This document shows, in pieces, positions 12,325 to 25,365 of a stretch of 64,000 bases of DNA. Within the stretch, counting starts at the first letter, position 1; every line of letters begins with the position of its first letter. Below the pieces are notes generated by a model. The model was given only the letters and a program-made list of their open reading frames with translations, was not told where the DNA came from and made no database searches. A program made the translations under genes and the position numbers. The DNA is from Haliotis rufescens (lineage: Eukaryota). The stretch is from assembly GCF_023055435.1 (NCBI RefSeq), contig NW_025963791.1:8308001-8372000 (forward strand), written 5' to 3'.

Positions 12325-14914
12325 TTCTGGACAGGCAAAAACACAACAATCTCTTGACAACATTCTTAGTAAAAACTCTTTCCTGAATTAAATAAATAAT
12401 ATAAGAAGTTGTTGACCGATAACTTTAATCAGATCCCATTTTTTGGCACCACAATAGAGGTCAAGCTGCCCCTCAGTGTGGGTCAGACGATCGGGAAACT
12501 TCCATCGCTGCTTTAACGATGATGACTACAAGTGGTGCGTTCTTATGACGTTTATTGCCATAAAGTCAAGGCTTCCTCTGGTTACGCCTTCCCGTACACA
12601 ATAACAGCTGCTCATAAACTGCCACAACACCCACTAACACGGTGGCACGCGGACAGGTACATACTTTAAAGCCTGACAAATATATACAGTGAGGATGTGT
12701 AACCAACACGGGGGGAAATCTAGCCACATTACGCTATTTGTCCGAGGAAAACGTGTCGATTTGCTTGTTATTGTTCCACATTTCCTTGTTCGATAGAAAT
12801 ATCGATAATAGATTTAAGCTTACTGAAATTCTTCCTGTATCTTTGGATGGCCAATGAGATAATTCGCCAGTAATAAACTGCCTTGCTAAAAAACAGATCT
12901 AGAATTCACTTGAAAACTGGATTTGACCAAAACATTACAAATGGTATCAAAAGTTAATTCGGTTGAAAACTGTCGCCGAATCACTTCAAACTTAAGCTCC
13001 AAGACAGAACTATGATGCCCGTTTCAAATACACCATCGAATAATCATTTTTTGTTTGTGTCATTTTTTACCACGATCAAACATGGGTGTATACTTTCTTT
13101 AGCCCGGCAGTTTACGTTGATGTTTGAAGTTAGAGATTGACCATTAGCCATCAAATAGCGTCACAAACGTAGTGTTCCACAAACATATTTCACACAGGTA
13201 TTTTACTGTCTAGATGTCAGATGCATATGAATATATATGCTCTCTTCGCTGTTATATCACAAAAGATTGAAGTGAATCTGTGGAATGTATCTATGTGGAT
13301 ACTAACCTATTTCCGTAAATGATTTTTGTAAAGACTTGTAAATCTAAGCTAGCATTGGACATTACTTTAGTTGTATAGCGTCGTTAGCTCGATATGGGAA
13401 AACGCCCAAAGCGACCACAATCTCTTTAATCTGAGATCTTGTATAGAGATTATTATGCGGTGGGCGTGTGTGTAGACTGATTTTACGAAAAGAGTATCAC
13501 AGTTCATGTATTTCCCGAGCGAGAGGGGTGTAATACATGGGTTCTTACACTAGTTTCCTAAAATCAGAATGACACACTTGTGAGTGTTATAATTTCTTCA
13601 GCCCCCCTTTAGAAAAATGCAATGGTCAACGCCGCTTTCCTAGAAAACCACAATTAGTCGAAAGACAACAATTTTCAGCTATGGCGTCGCTTTTAGCGTG
13701 ACGTCATTCCGACCTTAACTCACAATAAGATTCGAAAGACGTCAATAATGCCGTCCGGATGACGGAAACAATACAATGGTGCGCGTGATATTTGCACTGG
13801 TAGACATACGACTTTTATGAACTCGTTTTCTTCTTACCGTATAGGTAATAAACTCCGATACGAAAACTCTCTACGTGAAGATCTGACCACACCTCCATAG
13901 GAGGTCGCGTCAGGTGAACTCGTGAATGAGCCAATCAGCGTCGGGGCTTCTAAATTATCGGCATGATTGAGCAAAGCATTCAGAGGAGAATGTCTGATTT
14001 CGGTATCTCGAAACGAATATAATCGGGGATTTCTGACTGTCAAAAAATAAATCCGCGCCATTATATTGTTGTGGATATATATACATACCCTGTCGTTTCT
14101 GAGCAGCAAGGCATCTACACCCAGAAGAGAGTACGATTGAAGGAAAAGTTCTGTGTGGGTTTTCATTTTACGAATCGACATTTTCGAGTCGAGATGGTAA
14201 AGAAATAAATCCGAATCGTTTTAGAAACCTGACATCTGATTGGCTCAAAGACTGATTTGGTACGCTGCTGACAAAGCATGGGGAAACAGTGACAAGAGGC
14301 TCCTGGCACGACTAAGGGGCGCAACCCTGTACAGTAAATTGCGGCATCGTTATCGAGTGAATATAATGTAAGTCCATATGGATTTGATCTCATCCTCTTG
14401 AGTTTCATTTGAAAATAATATATACTTGTATATCAAAACAGTTTTAGTTCTGTCATTGCCTCGGGTATAATACCTTGCGTTCAGGGTTTATCAGAATATA
14501 TAGTAAAACACGTACAGTGTACACGGAAAGATCAATAATCACTGTAAAAATATTTTGTAAGCTCTCCGTAAAATAAATATTAATAACACTATCAATCAGA
14601 TGCAGTGACACATTGAGCTCAATAATGCCTTAAGTGATGACATTGATGTCTTAATATTCATACTCAGTCTAGATAAGGGCACGGTGTTACATGTCAACTC
14701 ACGTTATGGGTTGTGGTTTTGTACGAGTGATTACTTAATTGACTGATTGATTGATTGAGTGAACGAGCGAATGAGTTGGTGAGTTTAAACCGCTATGAAA
14801 TTTATTTCAGTTTTACCTCTCTGACAACAACAACAATAATAATAATGAAAATATGTATCCACCCGTGAGGAATATCCGGGTATGAATATAGGTCAACAGC
14901 AACCTATATTCTGC

Positions 14915-15076
14915 GAGTGAGTATGGTTTTACGCCGCTTTTAGCAATATTCCAGCAATATCACGGCGGGGGACACCAGAAATGGGCTTCACACATTGTAC
15001 CCATGTCGGCAATCGAATCCGGGTCTTCGGCGTGACGAGCGAACGCTTTAACCACTAGGCTACCCGACTGCCCCAG
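14915..15076 (-). mobile_element. SINE family A nested in an old family-C copy (~14861-15257)
   Basis: Family-C head upstream; family-C body resumes downstream. Confidence 0.85.
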
Positions 15077-15516
15077 CAACCAAAGAGGCGACCAGAGTGG
15101 TCAGGCTCGTTGACTTGGTTGATTTCCGGTTATCTTTTCCCCACGGTGGATCTTTGGTCGCAATATTGGATTGTCTGGTCCGGACTCGACATACGAGTTC
15201 GACATTGAACAACAGACAAACAAACAATTTTGACATTGAACAACAGACAAACAAACAATTTTATAAGTATCAATCAAAACAAAAACAAAGAAAAAAACAT
15301 CAATGAAATATCATCTCTCTCGGTGTATGAATTAATTGGGTTTAACTCCGCTTTGATCTGAATTTCCCTTATATTACGACGTGGGAGGAAAATCCAAAGT
15401 CAGGCCTGTCTCTCTTGAACCTCTTGAAAGTCCCACACGCAGGAGTGGAACAGAGATTCGAACCAACAGATCATCCTAGCACAGCTAAGCGACGCAACTC
15501 TTCACATGGAGAAACG

Positions 15517-15780
15517 GCCCGTGAAGATCCGGGGTAGAATAGGTCTTCAGCAACCCATGCTTGCCGTAAAAGGCGACTAAGCTTGTAGTAAGAGGCGACT
15601 GACGGGATCGGGATGTAGGGCTCGCTGGTTTGTTTTAAGCATGTCATCGATCCCAATTAGGTGGATCGATGCTCATGATGACAATCACTGGATTGTCTGG
15701 TCCAGACTCGATATTATTTACAGACCGCCGTCATATAGCTGGAATATTGCTGAGTGCGGCGTAAAACAACAAACAAACAA
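15517..15780 (+). mobile_element. SINE family C, full length, nested in a decayed family-B copy
   Basis: 13-bp TSD ACATGGAGAAACG at 15504-15516 and 15781-15793. Confidence 0.9.
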
Positions 15781-16427
15781 ACATGGAGAAACGACGATTT
15801 TAAACTGCACGGGCACCAACAGAAGTTAAAGTCAAATACACTGTCCCAGTAACTGTTGAATAAAATAACGTTGGCAAAAAAAAAGATAAACATGTTAAAT
15901 GTATTTTTAGAAACTACAAGAGAGGATGAGGCAATTCACTATTGAAATAATCCAGTTCTGTTGCCCTCCGTACAGTTATTTGAAGACGGGCTCTTAACAC
16001 TATTGCTTCAGCGTTCTCGCATAGCCGGTGTACAAACTTATACCCTCTTGAATGAATTGGCAAATATTACTTTAATGCTTAGCACCAGTCAGACAGCTGT
16101 ATGGCCCACGTTAAATAAACACGGTATTGTGTGTAAGATAGATCTGCAAAGCTAACCACAGTACCACAAGTAATTGCAAGTGTTAAGAGCTCTTGTTCAA
16201 CGTAAACTACAGGGTCGGCAAGATGGAGATTGGCGTGTTCGCACACAACGAGGCTTGGGTATTTACAAGTGTGTTAACTAAAATATTCGGCTTATAAAAT
16301 TAAGCATTCTTGGGATTATTGAAACAATAGGACTGAATTAAATGGTTTAAGCTATACGTTTTTTACAACTGTACTTTCAATATGTGGTTTGTATACTCGT
16401 CAAAAAGTTGCTCCCTTAGTACATTCT

Positions 16428-16473
16428 TCTCGCGAGAATCTCGCGTGCGGTGATGTCAGGCGCGGGGCGTGGC
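16428..16473. promoter_or_regulatory. CpG-rich promoter-like motif cluster (TCTCGCGAGA palindrome plus GC box)
   Basis: TCTCGCGAGA 16428-16437 and GGGGCGTGGC 16464-16473. Confidence 0.35.
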
Positions 16474-17168
16474 GCGAACTGAAGGCTAATATTAGACTTG
16501 GATGTCTCAGGTGTACTGCCTAAAAATACCAGGCTGATAAGAAAAGCCAGGTGGGCGAGGGGGAACGTGCAAGTTACAACGCTGGCACCAAACCCTGACC
16601 ACTTTCATCTGCCGCGTTCTTACGCACAATATTCGTGTCAAGGATACGTGGCAGTTGGCTTGACCTTGACCTTGCATGTTTTGCCAAAATCAAATTAAAA
16701 GGTGTTAATGAAGTTTTCTTTGAACAATTGATGCCCTGATAAATATATATATATCCGATTTTAAAGAATTAAGAATGCCAATCTTAGGGGTGTCAGAAAT
16801 TAATCCGATTCTTAAAAGTTATGGATTAATAACCCTAACCATCTAAACAACTCCAAATTTATCTGGCATGATCGTATATGGTGACCTTGTGACGATCTTA
16901 TTCCAGAAGTGTCAAAATTGGTTTACAGTGGGCTTTCAATAATAATATATACTCAGAAAGCTTTGAATATATATCATGGAACACATTTCATTTTGGAATT
17001 TGGTCACAGGCTGATATTGATTTTTACATTAAACACAACTGAGATCACACTGAACTCGCACCTTAAATACAATGCCAGTTGTGAAGCATTATAGTTTATT
17101 GATAACGGAGTATGCTTCATATGACTCGGGAAATATGAACATTACATGTATTTTGTCTACGTATTGGC

Positions 17169-17334
17169 GGGGCGGTCGGGTAGCCTAGTGGTTAAAGCGT
17201 TCGCACGTGACGCCGAAGACCAGGGTTCGAATCCCGACATGGGTAGAATGTGTGAAGCCCATTCCTCGTGTCCCCAGCCGTGATATTGCTGGGATATTGC
17301 TAAAAGCGGCGTAAAAACCATACTCACTCACTCA
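17169..17334 (+). mobile_element. SINE family A, full length
   Basis: 12-bp TSD CTACGTATTGGC at 17157-17168 and 17335-17346. Confidence 0.9.
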
Positions 17335-17795
17335 CTACGTATTGGCAGTAGAAATGACTGACCGGCGAGGTTTAAAGTGACGCCGATTCCTGAAACATAT
17401 TTTCTTATTTAGCCTGAAAACATTGATATTCTTTCTGCAGTGCGCATTCCTTGAGTGGAGTAATGTAAACACCCTATAACAGGAGTAATTGTAGGATTTC
17501 TTCCCTGCTGAGAAACACATTTTTAATATGATTATACAACACGTGCACAATTAACGCCCTAATCAACATTCACAGTGGTGTGGTTCGTATATTGCTGCCT
17601 ACTGCTCTAAACGCTAATAATCATAACGTCAGCCCAAACAACATGACACACATTTCGGACAAATTCACGCTTTACTTTCAATGTATAGGTTTCAAACGTA
17701 CTTTCTAATCATCTAAATGAAATCACTAATGAAATTCCATTTACTATGACAAGTACACTACAATGTTGTTTCTATGCCCTTGTCGCAAAAGGACA

Positions 17796-18050
17796 TACCG
17801 TATTTCCTCTATTATGCGCTCCGCGTCTATTAATTTCGCGGACACCGTTGTCCCGGCGTCTATTCTGTTAAACGCTTGCACAGTGGCAACTCACTACCTT
17901 ACGCACTCCCAAATTCTAGTCATATAATGGGTACATTTCCAGGAAACGGCCATTATTAATCACCCGGCGTCTAATATTTTTGGAACAGAGTGTATGACCC
18001 GGCGTTAATTAGAATCCGGCATGTATTGAAGGACTGGAGGAATTACGGTA
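17796..18050. mobile_element. MITE, CCGTA-terminus type
   Basis: TACCGTATTTCCTC ... GAGGAATTACGGTA; internal CCCGGCGTCTA repeats. Confidence 0.75.
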
Positions 18051-19604
18051 CTCTTCATTCATTCATTCATTCAGCAGAAACCCCGTGGTGACTATTGGTA
18101 GAATCATGCTTGTTTGAACAGTCGACTTCAATGGGCCCCGGTTATCTTTCTGGGTTTGTCAGCACCATACCCGTGCTCGTGGGTTTCACCAAAGTGAGAC
18201 CTGCATCACTTCGGGTTTTCCTCCCACATGACGCTGACACACCGTGAAAAAACTTGAATACTGTTAAAAGGGGTGTTGAACCCAACTCACTCTCTCACTA
18301 ACCCAACTCGAAGAGGAGGAAATATAACTAAAATGGGGATCGAGTGGGCAGGCTTTGTGACTTGATTGTGTGTCATCGTACCCAGAGGGCGTGGGACGGT
18401 GATCATTATATCAACCACTTGTTCGTGGAATTCACACTCTATCATTTACAGGCCCCGTCTACGATATGGAGGGAATACTGCTTTGTGGCTACTGTGTCAA
18501 ACAATATTCACTCACTCATTAAGCAGTAAAATTATTGAAAAGACAAAAGTGATAATTTATAATTTGAAAACTGTTTTAGCGGCTCTATCCCATCATAAAG
18601 CGACGCGGTGAGTTAACCAAGTGGTCAAAGCGATGGCTCATAACGTCGATATCCCTGGTTCGATTCCCAGCATGTGTACAATGAACCCATTCTTGTCGTC
18701 CCCGACATAATGTGATTGGATTTTGTTTGTTTGTTTGTTGTCTAACGCCACATTGAGTATTCCAACTATGCGACAGGGGTCTGCAAATACCACGAGCATC
18801 GATCCAAGCAATTGGGATAAGACCATTTCGTCGCCTCTTACGACAGGCATGGGTTGCTTAGGAACTAATATATATTCTTATCCAGAATCCTGACGGGTTA
18901 ATATGATGGGGGAAAAACACGAACATAAACACCCCTTCTCAATAACGGGGTCCTTTCTTGGGGATAGGCCCTTTACGATGAGCCAACGATAAGAAACGAG
19001 AGAATAAACAAACCAATCCGTCATTCAAATAAAATTAATTATGCATACTTGACATGTGGATGTATTTAGATAACTCTGTGAGGAATGAAAAATTATCTAA
19101 CATAAACAAATTGTACATTTGTGATCGTGTGACAGTAACCTTTCTCTTATCAACAATGAATCCGTTTGTATAACATTTCAAAAACATAAATACGCAATCG
19201 AGAAAATATGTTAGACACGTTTTTTTCTTATTTACAGCGCTGTTAGATATGCAGTTGAGTTTGCTGTGGCTGTTGTGACAATTTATGGTTGCACTTTCAA
19301 GCTAAAATTTAATTTAAATTAAATTTGTTCGAATCATTTAATGGAAATGATCCAATAAATATATTCCTATAAGGATTGTTGATATAAACTACCTGGCACC
19401 GTGCAAATTTGAAACCTGTAAATTTCATTTGATACCTAACACGCAAGTTAGTACAGGTTCCTCTAACGAAAACACACCCGTGAAGATCAGAATAGGTCTT
19501 CAGCAACCCATGTCTGCCGTAAAAGGCCAAAATGCTTGTCGTATAAGAGGCGACTAATGGTATCGGTCAGGCTTGCTGACATGGTTGATGCATATCATCG
19601 TATC

Positions 19605-20082
19605 CCCGGCGTTTCATCGAGACCCCGGCGTCTATTCGATGTCGTCGTTTAATCGAGGAAATACGGTAGGTCGGGACATTGTACTTCGTTCCCTTTGTGA
19701 AACTGAGTCAGTGTCTGTTTGATTATGGGCAAGTTTACAGTGTTAAATTGATATTCATGATTTCAGACAAACAGATTGGGCTTAATGACTTGAATGAAAC
19801 TTTGATACCTGATATGTTATCCCAATTGCTTATATGATGTAAGGCCCATATGTTTGTCTGAAATTATGAATATCAATTTTACACTTACAATTTGCCCCAA
19901 ATCAAACAGAATTTGTTTGTCTGAAATCATGAATATCAATGTAACACTTTAAACTTGCCCAAAATCAAACAGACACTGACTCAGTTTCACAAAGGGCACG
20001 CAGTACAATGTCTAGACCTACCGTATTTCCTCGATTAAACGACGACATCGAATAAACGACCGGGTCTCGATGAAACGCCGGG
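19605..20082. repeat. Long imperfect inverted repeat (arms 19605-19773 and 19914-20082)
   Basis: ~169-bp arms are reverse complements with scattered mismatches; a third partial arm lies at ~19851-19910. Confidence 0.9.
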
Positions 20083-20411
20083 TAGTTTTTTATGCTGGGA
20101 ATTTTACCCACTATTTTCTTTTCTTTTGTTTGTTTGTTGTTTAACGCCGGACTCAGCAATATTCCATCTATATGACGGCGGTCTGAAAATAATCGAGTCT
20201 GGGCCAGACAATCCAATGATTGACATCATGAGCATCTATCTACCCATTTGACCACCCGATCCGTTAGTCGCCTCTCACGACAAGCATAGGTTCCTGAAAG
20301 CTTATTCTAACTAGGATCTTCACGGATCTATTATCGTCGGGATTGAACGTCGGGAGTAAAGAGCGTCTGAAAGAAATATACGCCCGGGCGTTTAATCGGG
20401 GAAATACGGTA
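20019..20411. mobile_element. MITE, CCGTA-terminus type, containing a family-C SINE (20128-20327, -)
   Basis: TACCGTATTTCCTCGATTAAACG ... CGTTTAATCGGGGAAATACGGTA. Confidence 0.85.
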
Positions 20412-20929
20412 CTCTGAAATGGGTCAGACATTAAGCATTGTCTCACCTTAATAACGTCATCAATCCCACTCTCAGACTAATCAGAATACAGGTTTTAAAA
20501 TTGTCAATGGAAAAAAATAACAAAACACTGTTCTCTTTCCTGATTTTCCTCGATTTCGTAAATGGAAGATCGCTGAACAATAGAGGCTGTTAACTAACGA
20601 GGAAGTGAACTCGCTTGACGTCATGTTAATGTTATCAGCTAAGCCCGTACTGCTACTCAGGAAGGTATACACAGGGCACCTTTACGGCAGCATCACATGA
20701 CATTAACTATATCCCATTGGTAGGATGTGGAGGTCATTACGTGCAGCGCTCCCTTTTTGGGAGAGGCAATATGATACAACAACGGATTCATGTCAGTCGA
20801 CATGTGGAAAACACATTACAACAAAATATCACAACCTCGAGTATCCATTGTGTTATATCTCCACTCATATCAATAGCTTGGACTCATTCGCTATCATGGC
20901 TTTTATTTGAGCCTAAATGAGCGGTACGA

Positions 20930-21130
20930 CGCTAAAAATAGCCGTCCCTTTAAATTACTCTCACGAACGAGAGAAATATTGTGAAAAATTTGGGATACGG
21001 ACATGGTGACGTCACTTCCGAGCCAAGATATGTGTTACGAAGCTAAAATAGCCGTCCAATCAAATTAGTCTCACGAACGGAAGAAATGTGCTAAATCTGG
21101 GATATGGAGATGGTGACGTCACTTCCGAGT
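20930..21130. repeat. Two-copy ~107-bp direct repeat, each copy with GTGACGTCACTTCCG
   Basis: GCTAAAA(A)TAGCCGTCC...TCTCACGAACG...GGTGACGTCACTTCCGAG occurs twice. Confidence 0.8.
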
Positions 21131-21674
21131 CCTATTTTGTTATCATGATCAAAAGGATATATTATACCCTGGATAATGGAGGATGATTTTATACTGACAT
21201 TGTGATAGTGGGTATCACGTGGCTTCAGCGTCATCCAGTGTCTCACTATAATGAATGACACTGCGTTAACATCGTAAGGATGCACATGCGCAAGACATCA
21301 TAATCAATCGACATTAATGATATGAGCGAGTATCGTTTTACCGCTGACAGCAATAAATTGTTAGAATTCTTTTTTGTTTAAAATCTTGCTTCAGATATTG
21401 CGAAACAAAAAAAAGAACCGTGAAGATCCGGGCTAGAATAGGTCTTCAGCATCCCACGCTTGCTGTAAAAAGCGACTCTTATTATTTACAGACCACCGTC
21501 ATATAGCTGGAATATTGCTGAGTGCGGCGTTGAACAACAAACAAACAAACAAACAAACAAACAAAACGAAACGAAACAATATAATTTTTCGCTGGACATG
21601 ATGGGTGTCCTGAAAAAAATGACAAGAATATAGAATTATTGGGTTCCTCCCTTTACATAAAAAATGGTGTGTCT

Positions 21675-21928
21675 TGAGTGAGTGAGTGAGATGTATTTAA
21701 CGTCGCTTTGTACAGTATTTATATCATGGCGTGTCAGCTTGATGTGTGAAGCCGAGGCGATGCAGGTCTTAGACGTTTACCACTTTGGTGACGCCACAAG
21801 CCCAGGTATGATGCTGATAAACCTAGAAACATAATCAGAGAGAACCGTTATACGAGTCGAGGGTCATAGGTTTCGGGCACGCCTAAGGGACGTAACTCTG
21901 CATAGGGATTGAGGCACCTTAGATGATT
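21675..21928 (-). mobile_element. SINE family B, diverged
   Basis: Collinear similarity to young family-B copies. Confidence 0.75.
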
Positions 21929-22051
21929 GCTCTGACTAAAATACCAGGGTGCCGTTTTGCAAAGCGACCGTAGCGCTAAGGTGATCGTTACTCCCATACC
22001 TTAATATAGGTTGTTTTGTACAAAGGAACCTGGTTTGTCTCTTACAGAAGG

Positions 22052-22334
22052 GACCGCCTCCGTGGTCTTGAGGTAGAGCGTCCGTGGAAGGTCCGGGGTT
22101 CGATCCCCGGCCACGTCATACCAAAAGACGTTTTAAGACTTGTTACCCTGTCTGGCGCTACACATTAAGGAGCTAAAACAAGGACTGGTCGGCTCGGAGT
22201 CAGTATACTGTGTCTGAGTGGGGTATTCATGTTAAACTGTGGCATAGTATCTCAGCGGGCCAGCATTATAAATTACTACTACAAGCAGCCACACACTAAT
22301 CTTGGACGCGACGTTAAACCCAATTTCACCTCAC
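22052..22334 (+). mobile_element. SINE family D
   Basis: 11-bp TSD CTTACAGAAGG at 22041-22051 and 22335-22345. Confidence 0.9.
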
Positions 22335-23756
22335 CTTACAGAAGGTCTGATAACGAAACCAACAATAATACTGAAAGGAGATCGGTTGGGCACAATGTGT
22401 GACACTGAGTGTGTCATACCTGATCTTGGTTCCTGCTCATAACGTCAACCATTGCCAACCATTTTTCACCAGTGGCAATGGTGGCAAATGGAGCATGTCC
22501 ATTCGGGAAACACACTGGCATCGGCACCACCGGTGCCAAACCTTTGATCGCACTCTCGTTAGCCCTGCTGGCACGGGTCCCACATTCAAACGGAGGGTGT
22601 GTCTGGATCTGACTTCCACCACCATCAAGAAATAAACTTAAATATTTATATCGGCAGCACTGGTATCTGTACCACAGAGCGGGAGCAAAGAGAATTGTGG
22701 TGTTGTGCGGCATCAATGTCGTCTTCCAAGGCCATGGACACATTTTAGTGGCAAAAAAAGAGGAGGTTCTGTTGCTCACCTGATTGGATTTTGAAATAAT
22801 AATTGTTAGGTTATACAAGGGTGATAAACAATACATACGAAAACGTAACATGCAATATATCGTGGACTATCACAGGCTATAAAATCTCTTGTACAAAATT
22901 TACTTCTCTCTTCTAAAATTAATTCTCCTAATGCTGGTTGCCTATATTTTTAAATATAGATTCATTTTGATCCAATTAAATGTAGATTTTTCCACAAACA
23001 TGGTGCAAGACTAAATGAAGATTTTCATGTGGTTTTAGAGGCGGGGAACACATGCGAGAGCAGTATGGAGGTCAATTACATTAAAAATTTCATCAAGAGG
23101 AACATGTTTTCCTCGCAAAAGCTGACACGGCGTGATGTAACCGAAATACTATTCACAGCGGCGTTAGCTTTAAACCTAACTTACTCCCACTTGACTACTA
23201 AATAAATGGCTCAAAATTGGGCAAAAATAGCAATTCAACATTTTAGAATTGGATCGAAATTTTATACACATTATTGCTTGAAAGATTGTCAAGTTTCAGA
23301 GGATATATAAACTTAGGATTAAGAATAGACTTAATTGCATACGCGATCAAAAAAAGGGTCAAATGATTGTTTTAAATGTACATAACACATACCGACTACA
23401 TACCAAAGTTCATGAAGACACAACGAGCAGAGAAGTGGGGGAAAAGGTCGATGGGAAGCATGTGATCAGGTTTTAGAAACACAATCGCTCGGAATACAAT
23501 TCCCAATGAGGTTTCTAATGAGATGTCGAAACAGTAAGCGTTTAGGATTGACGGACGGGAAAGGAAGCTTCGTTACAAGTGAGAGCGAAACGTCGACGCC
23601 CAACCATATTCTCATCATCATTTTTTACAAGAAGAGTCCAAAGTCCAACCCTCACGTCAATATGCATTATTTCATAAGATAATTAGCTAGGCAATATATA
23701 ATGATGGCTGATTACTTCTGGTAGCTGGTTCAATAGTAGAGAATGGTGTTTGTATG

Positions 23757-23935
23757 TACTGTAAACTACGGTTATTACGAACTCAAAGGGACCCCTTTTT
23801 TTAGTTCGTTATTGCCGTAGTTCGTTATAAGCATATATACAGCATATATACAACACATAGACGGGACTACAAAATAAGTTCGTTATATCGGTCAGTTCGT
23901 TATTAGCGTGTTCGTTATAACCGTAGTTTACTGTA
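23757..23935. mobile_element. MITE, pogo/Tigger-like (CAGTAAACTACGGTTATAACGAAC TIR, TA target site)
   Basis: Inverted ends; GTTCGTTAT internal repeats; second copy at 49241-49418. Confidence 0.85.
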
Positions 23936-25039
23936 CTATGTTTTACAAGCAACAATAGCACAGGTCAGTGACGCTTTTGTTGTTTTACGCCGCATTAAGC
24001 TGCGGTTTCCCTGTCCTCGGATTAGTCATCGTTAAAATCATTTTTTTCTATCTGCACCTGCTAGGCGCTTTGGATCAATCACTAAAAACACTGCCAATGT
24101 GCGCTGTAGGAATTCAAGCGCACGTCTACATCTTCGATTGGCTACAATTCATAAAAATATGGATTCCAGATCGAAAACAAAAGCTGGTACGGGTTTGGAA
24201 AAACAGGATGGCGTCTCCCTCGAAATCCCCACAGGATTTTATGTTCAATCTGAAATCCTTATGGCTGAAATAATGTCGATGCGACATTAAATTTTAACTC
24301 ATTCAAATCCTTATTCAAATCCCACTTTCGATGAAAAAATGTTTACGTATTTGGAGGTAGATGATTAAGGTAGAGAATGGTATATAGATTCTAAAATTAT
24401 TTTACTACTTGCAGCCAAACCAGTGATACAATAGATGTTTAGACCCACGCCCCAAGCTGTTGGGGTACGATGACATGCAAACAACAAAGTCAGCGAGCCC
24501 GACCACCCGATCCATTTACGACAATTAAGCATAGGTTGCTGGTGACATATTTAACCCTGCTCCCCACGGGACAACAATTGAATGGCACCGTAGGTTTATG
24601 TGTGGACGTTATCCACAGGCCGTGCTACTGGCCGGGGAGCGTTTCGTAAACGGTAACAATTTCATAGTTTCCTAAGCCTTATGGGGGAGATATCAAGTGA
24701 TACTTTGACAATATGAACAAGCATTGTCGAGGGAGGATATGTCGCCCGGCTCACAAATAATCCCAACAGGTGTCCACTAAACCTTAGTGTAAACATCTGA
24801 CTTCTTGAAATCAGATTTATAAGGATGAGTGACTGAACTGAACTTTGAAACGTTTGAGATATTATTACTGAGGCTTGGCGGAAGAAAAAGAAAAAGAAAT
24901 CCCTCAACACAGTTGTAACATAACAAAACGTCTATAACCAAAAAGAAGATAGCAAAGGAGCCAGGTTGAATGATTGATATATACACCACCAAACAGCACC
25001 AAGCAGGCAACCGTCTCCAATGTTCAAGGTACCACCATC

Positions 25040-25365
25040 AGTATGCAACGTACACGGTAGCTACTAGCTTCAGTATACAATGTACAAGGAAACTACTGGC
25101 TTCAATATGCAACGTACAATATAGCCACTGGCTTCAATATGCAACGTACAATATAGCTACTGGCTTCAATACGCAACGTACGATATAGCTACTGGCTTCA
25201 ATACGCAACGTACGACATAGCCACTGGCTTCAATATGCAACGTACAATATAGCCACTGGCTTCAATATGCAACGTACAATATAGCCAATGGCTTCAATAT
25301 ACAACGTACAATATAGCTACTGGCTTCAATATGCAACGTACACTATAGCCACTGGCTTCAATGCA
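25040..25365. repeat. 32-bp minisatellite (ACTGGCTTCAATATGCAACGTACAATATAGCC), ~8 good plus 2 degenerate units
   Basis: Direct tandem periodicity of 32. Confidence 0.95.

Noticed and set aside
13510-14500. Possible non-autonomous DNA element containing ORFs 13834-14181 and 14163-14408
   Set aside because: Looks transposon-like, but I could not define TIRs, a TSD or a protein motif.
17169-17245. tRNA-Asp-like gene (and the other tRNA-like heads)
   Set aside because: These are SINE heads: they run into a SINE body and tail, have TSDs, and lack an intact acceptor stem and T-run terminator.
22414-22851. 145-aa - strand ORF as a confident exon
   Set aside because: The donor is plausible, but the acceptor is weak and the peptide is unrecognisable.
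25040-25365. CRISPR-like 32-bp periodicity
   Set aside because: Units are head-to-tail with no unique spacers, no cas genes, and the context is eukaryotic.
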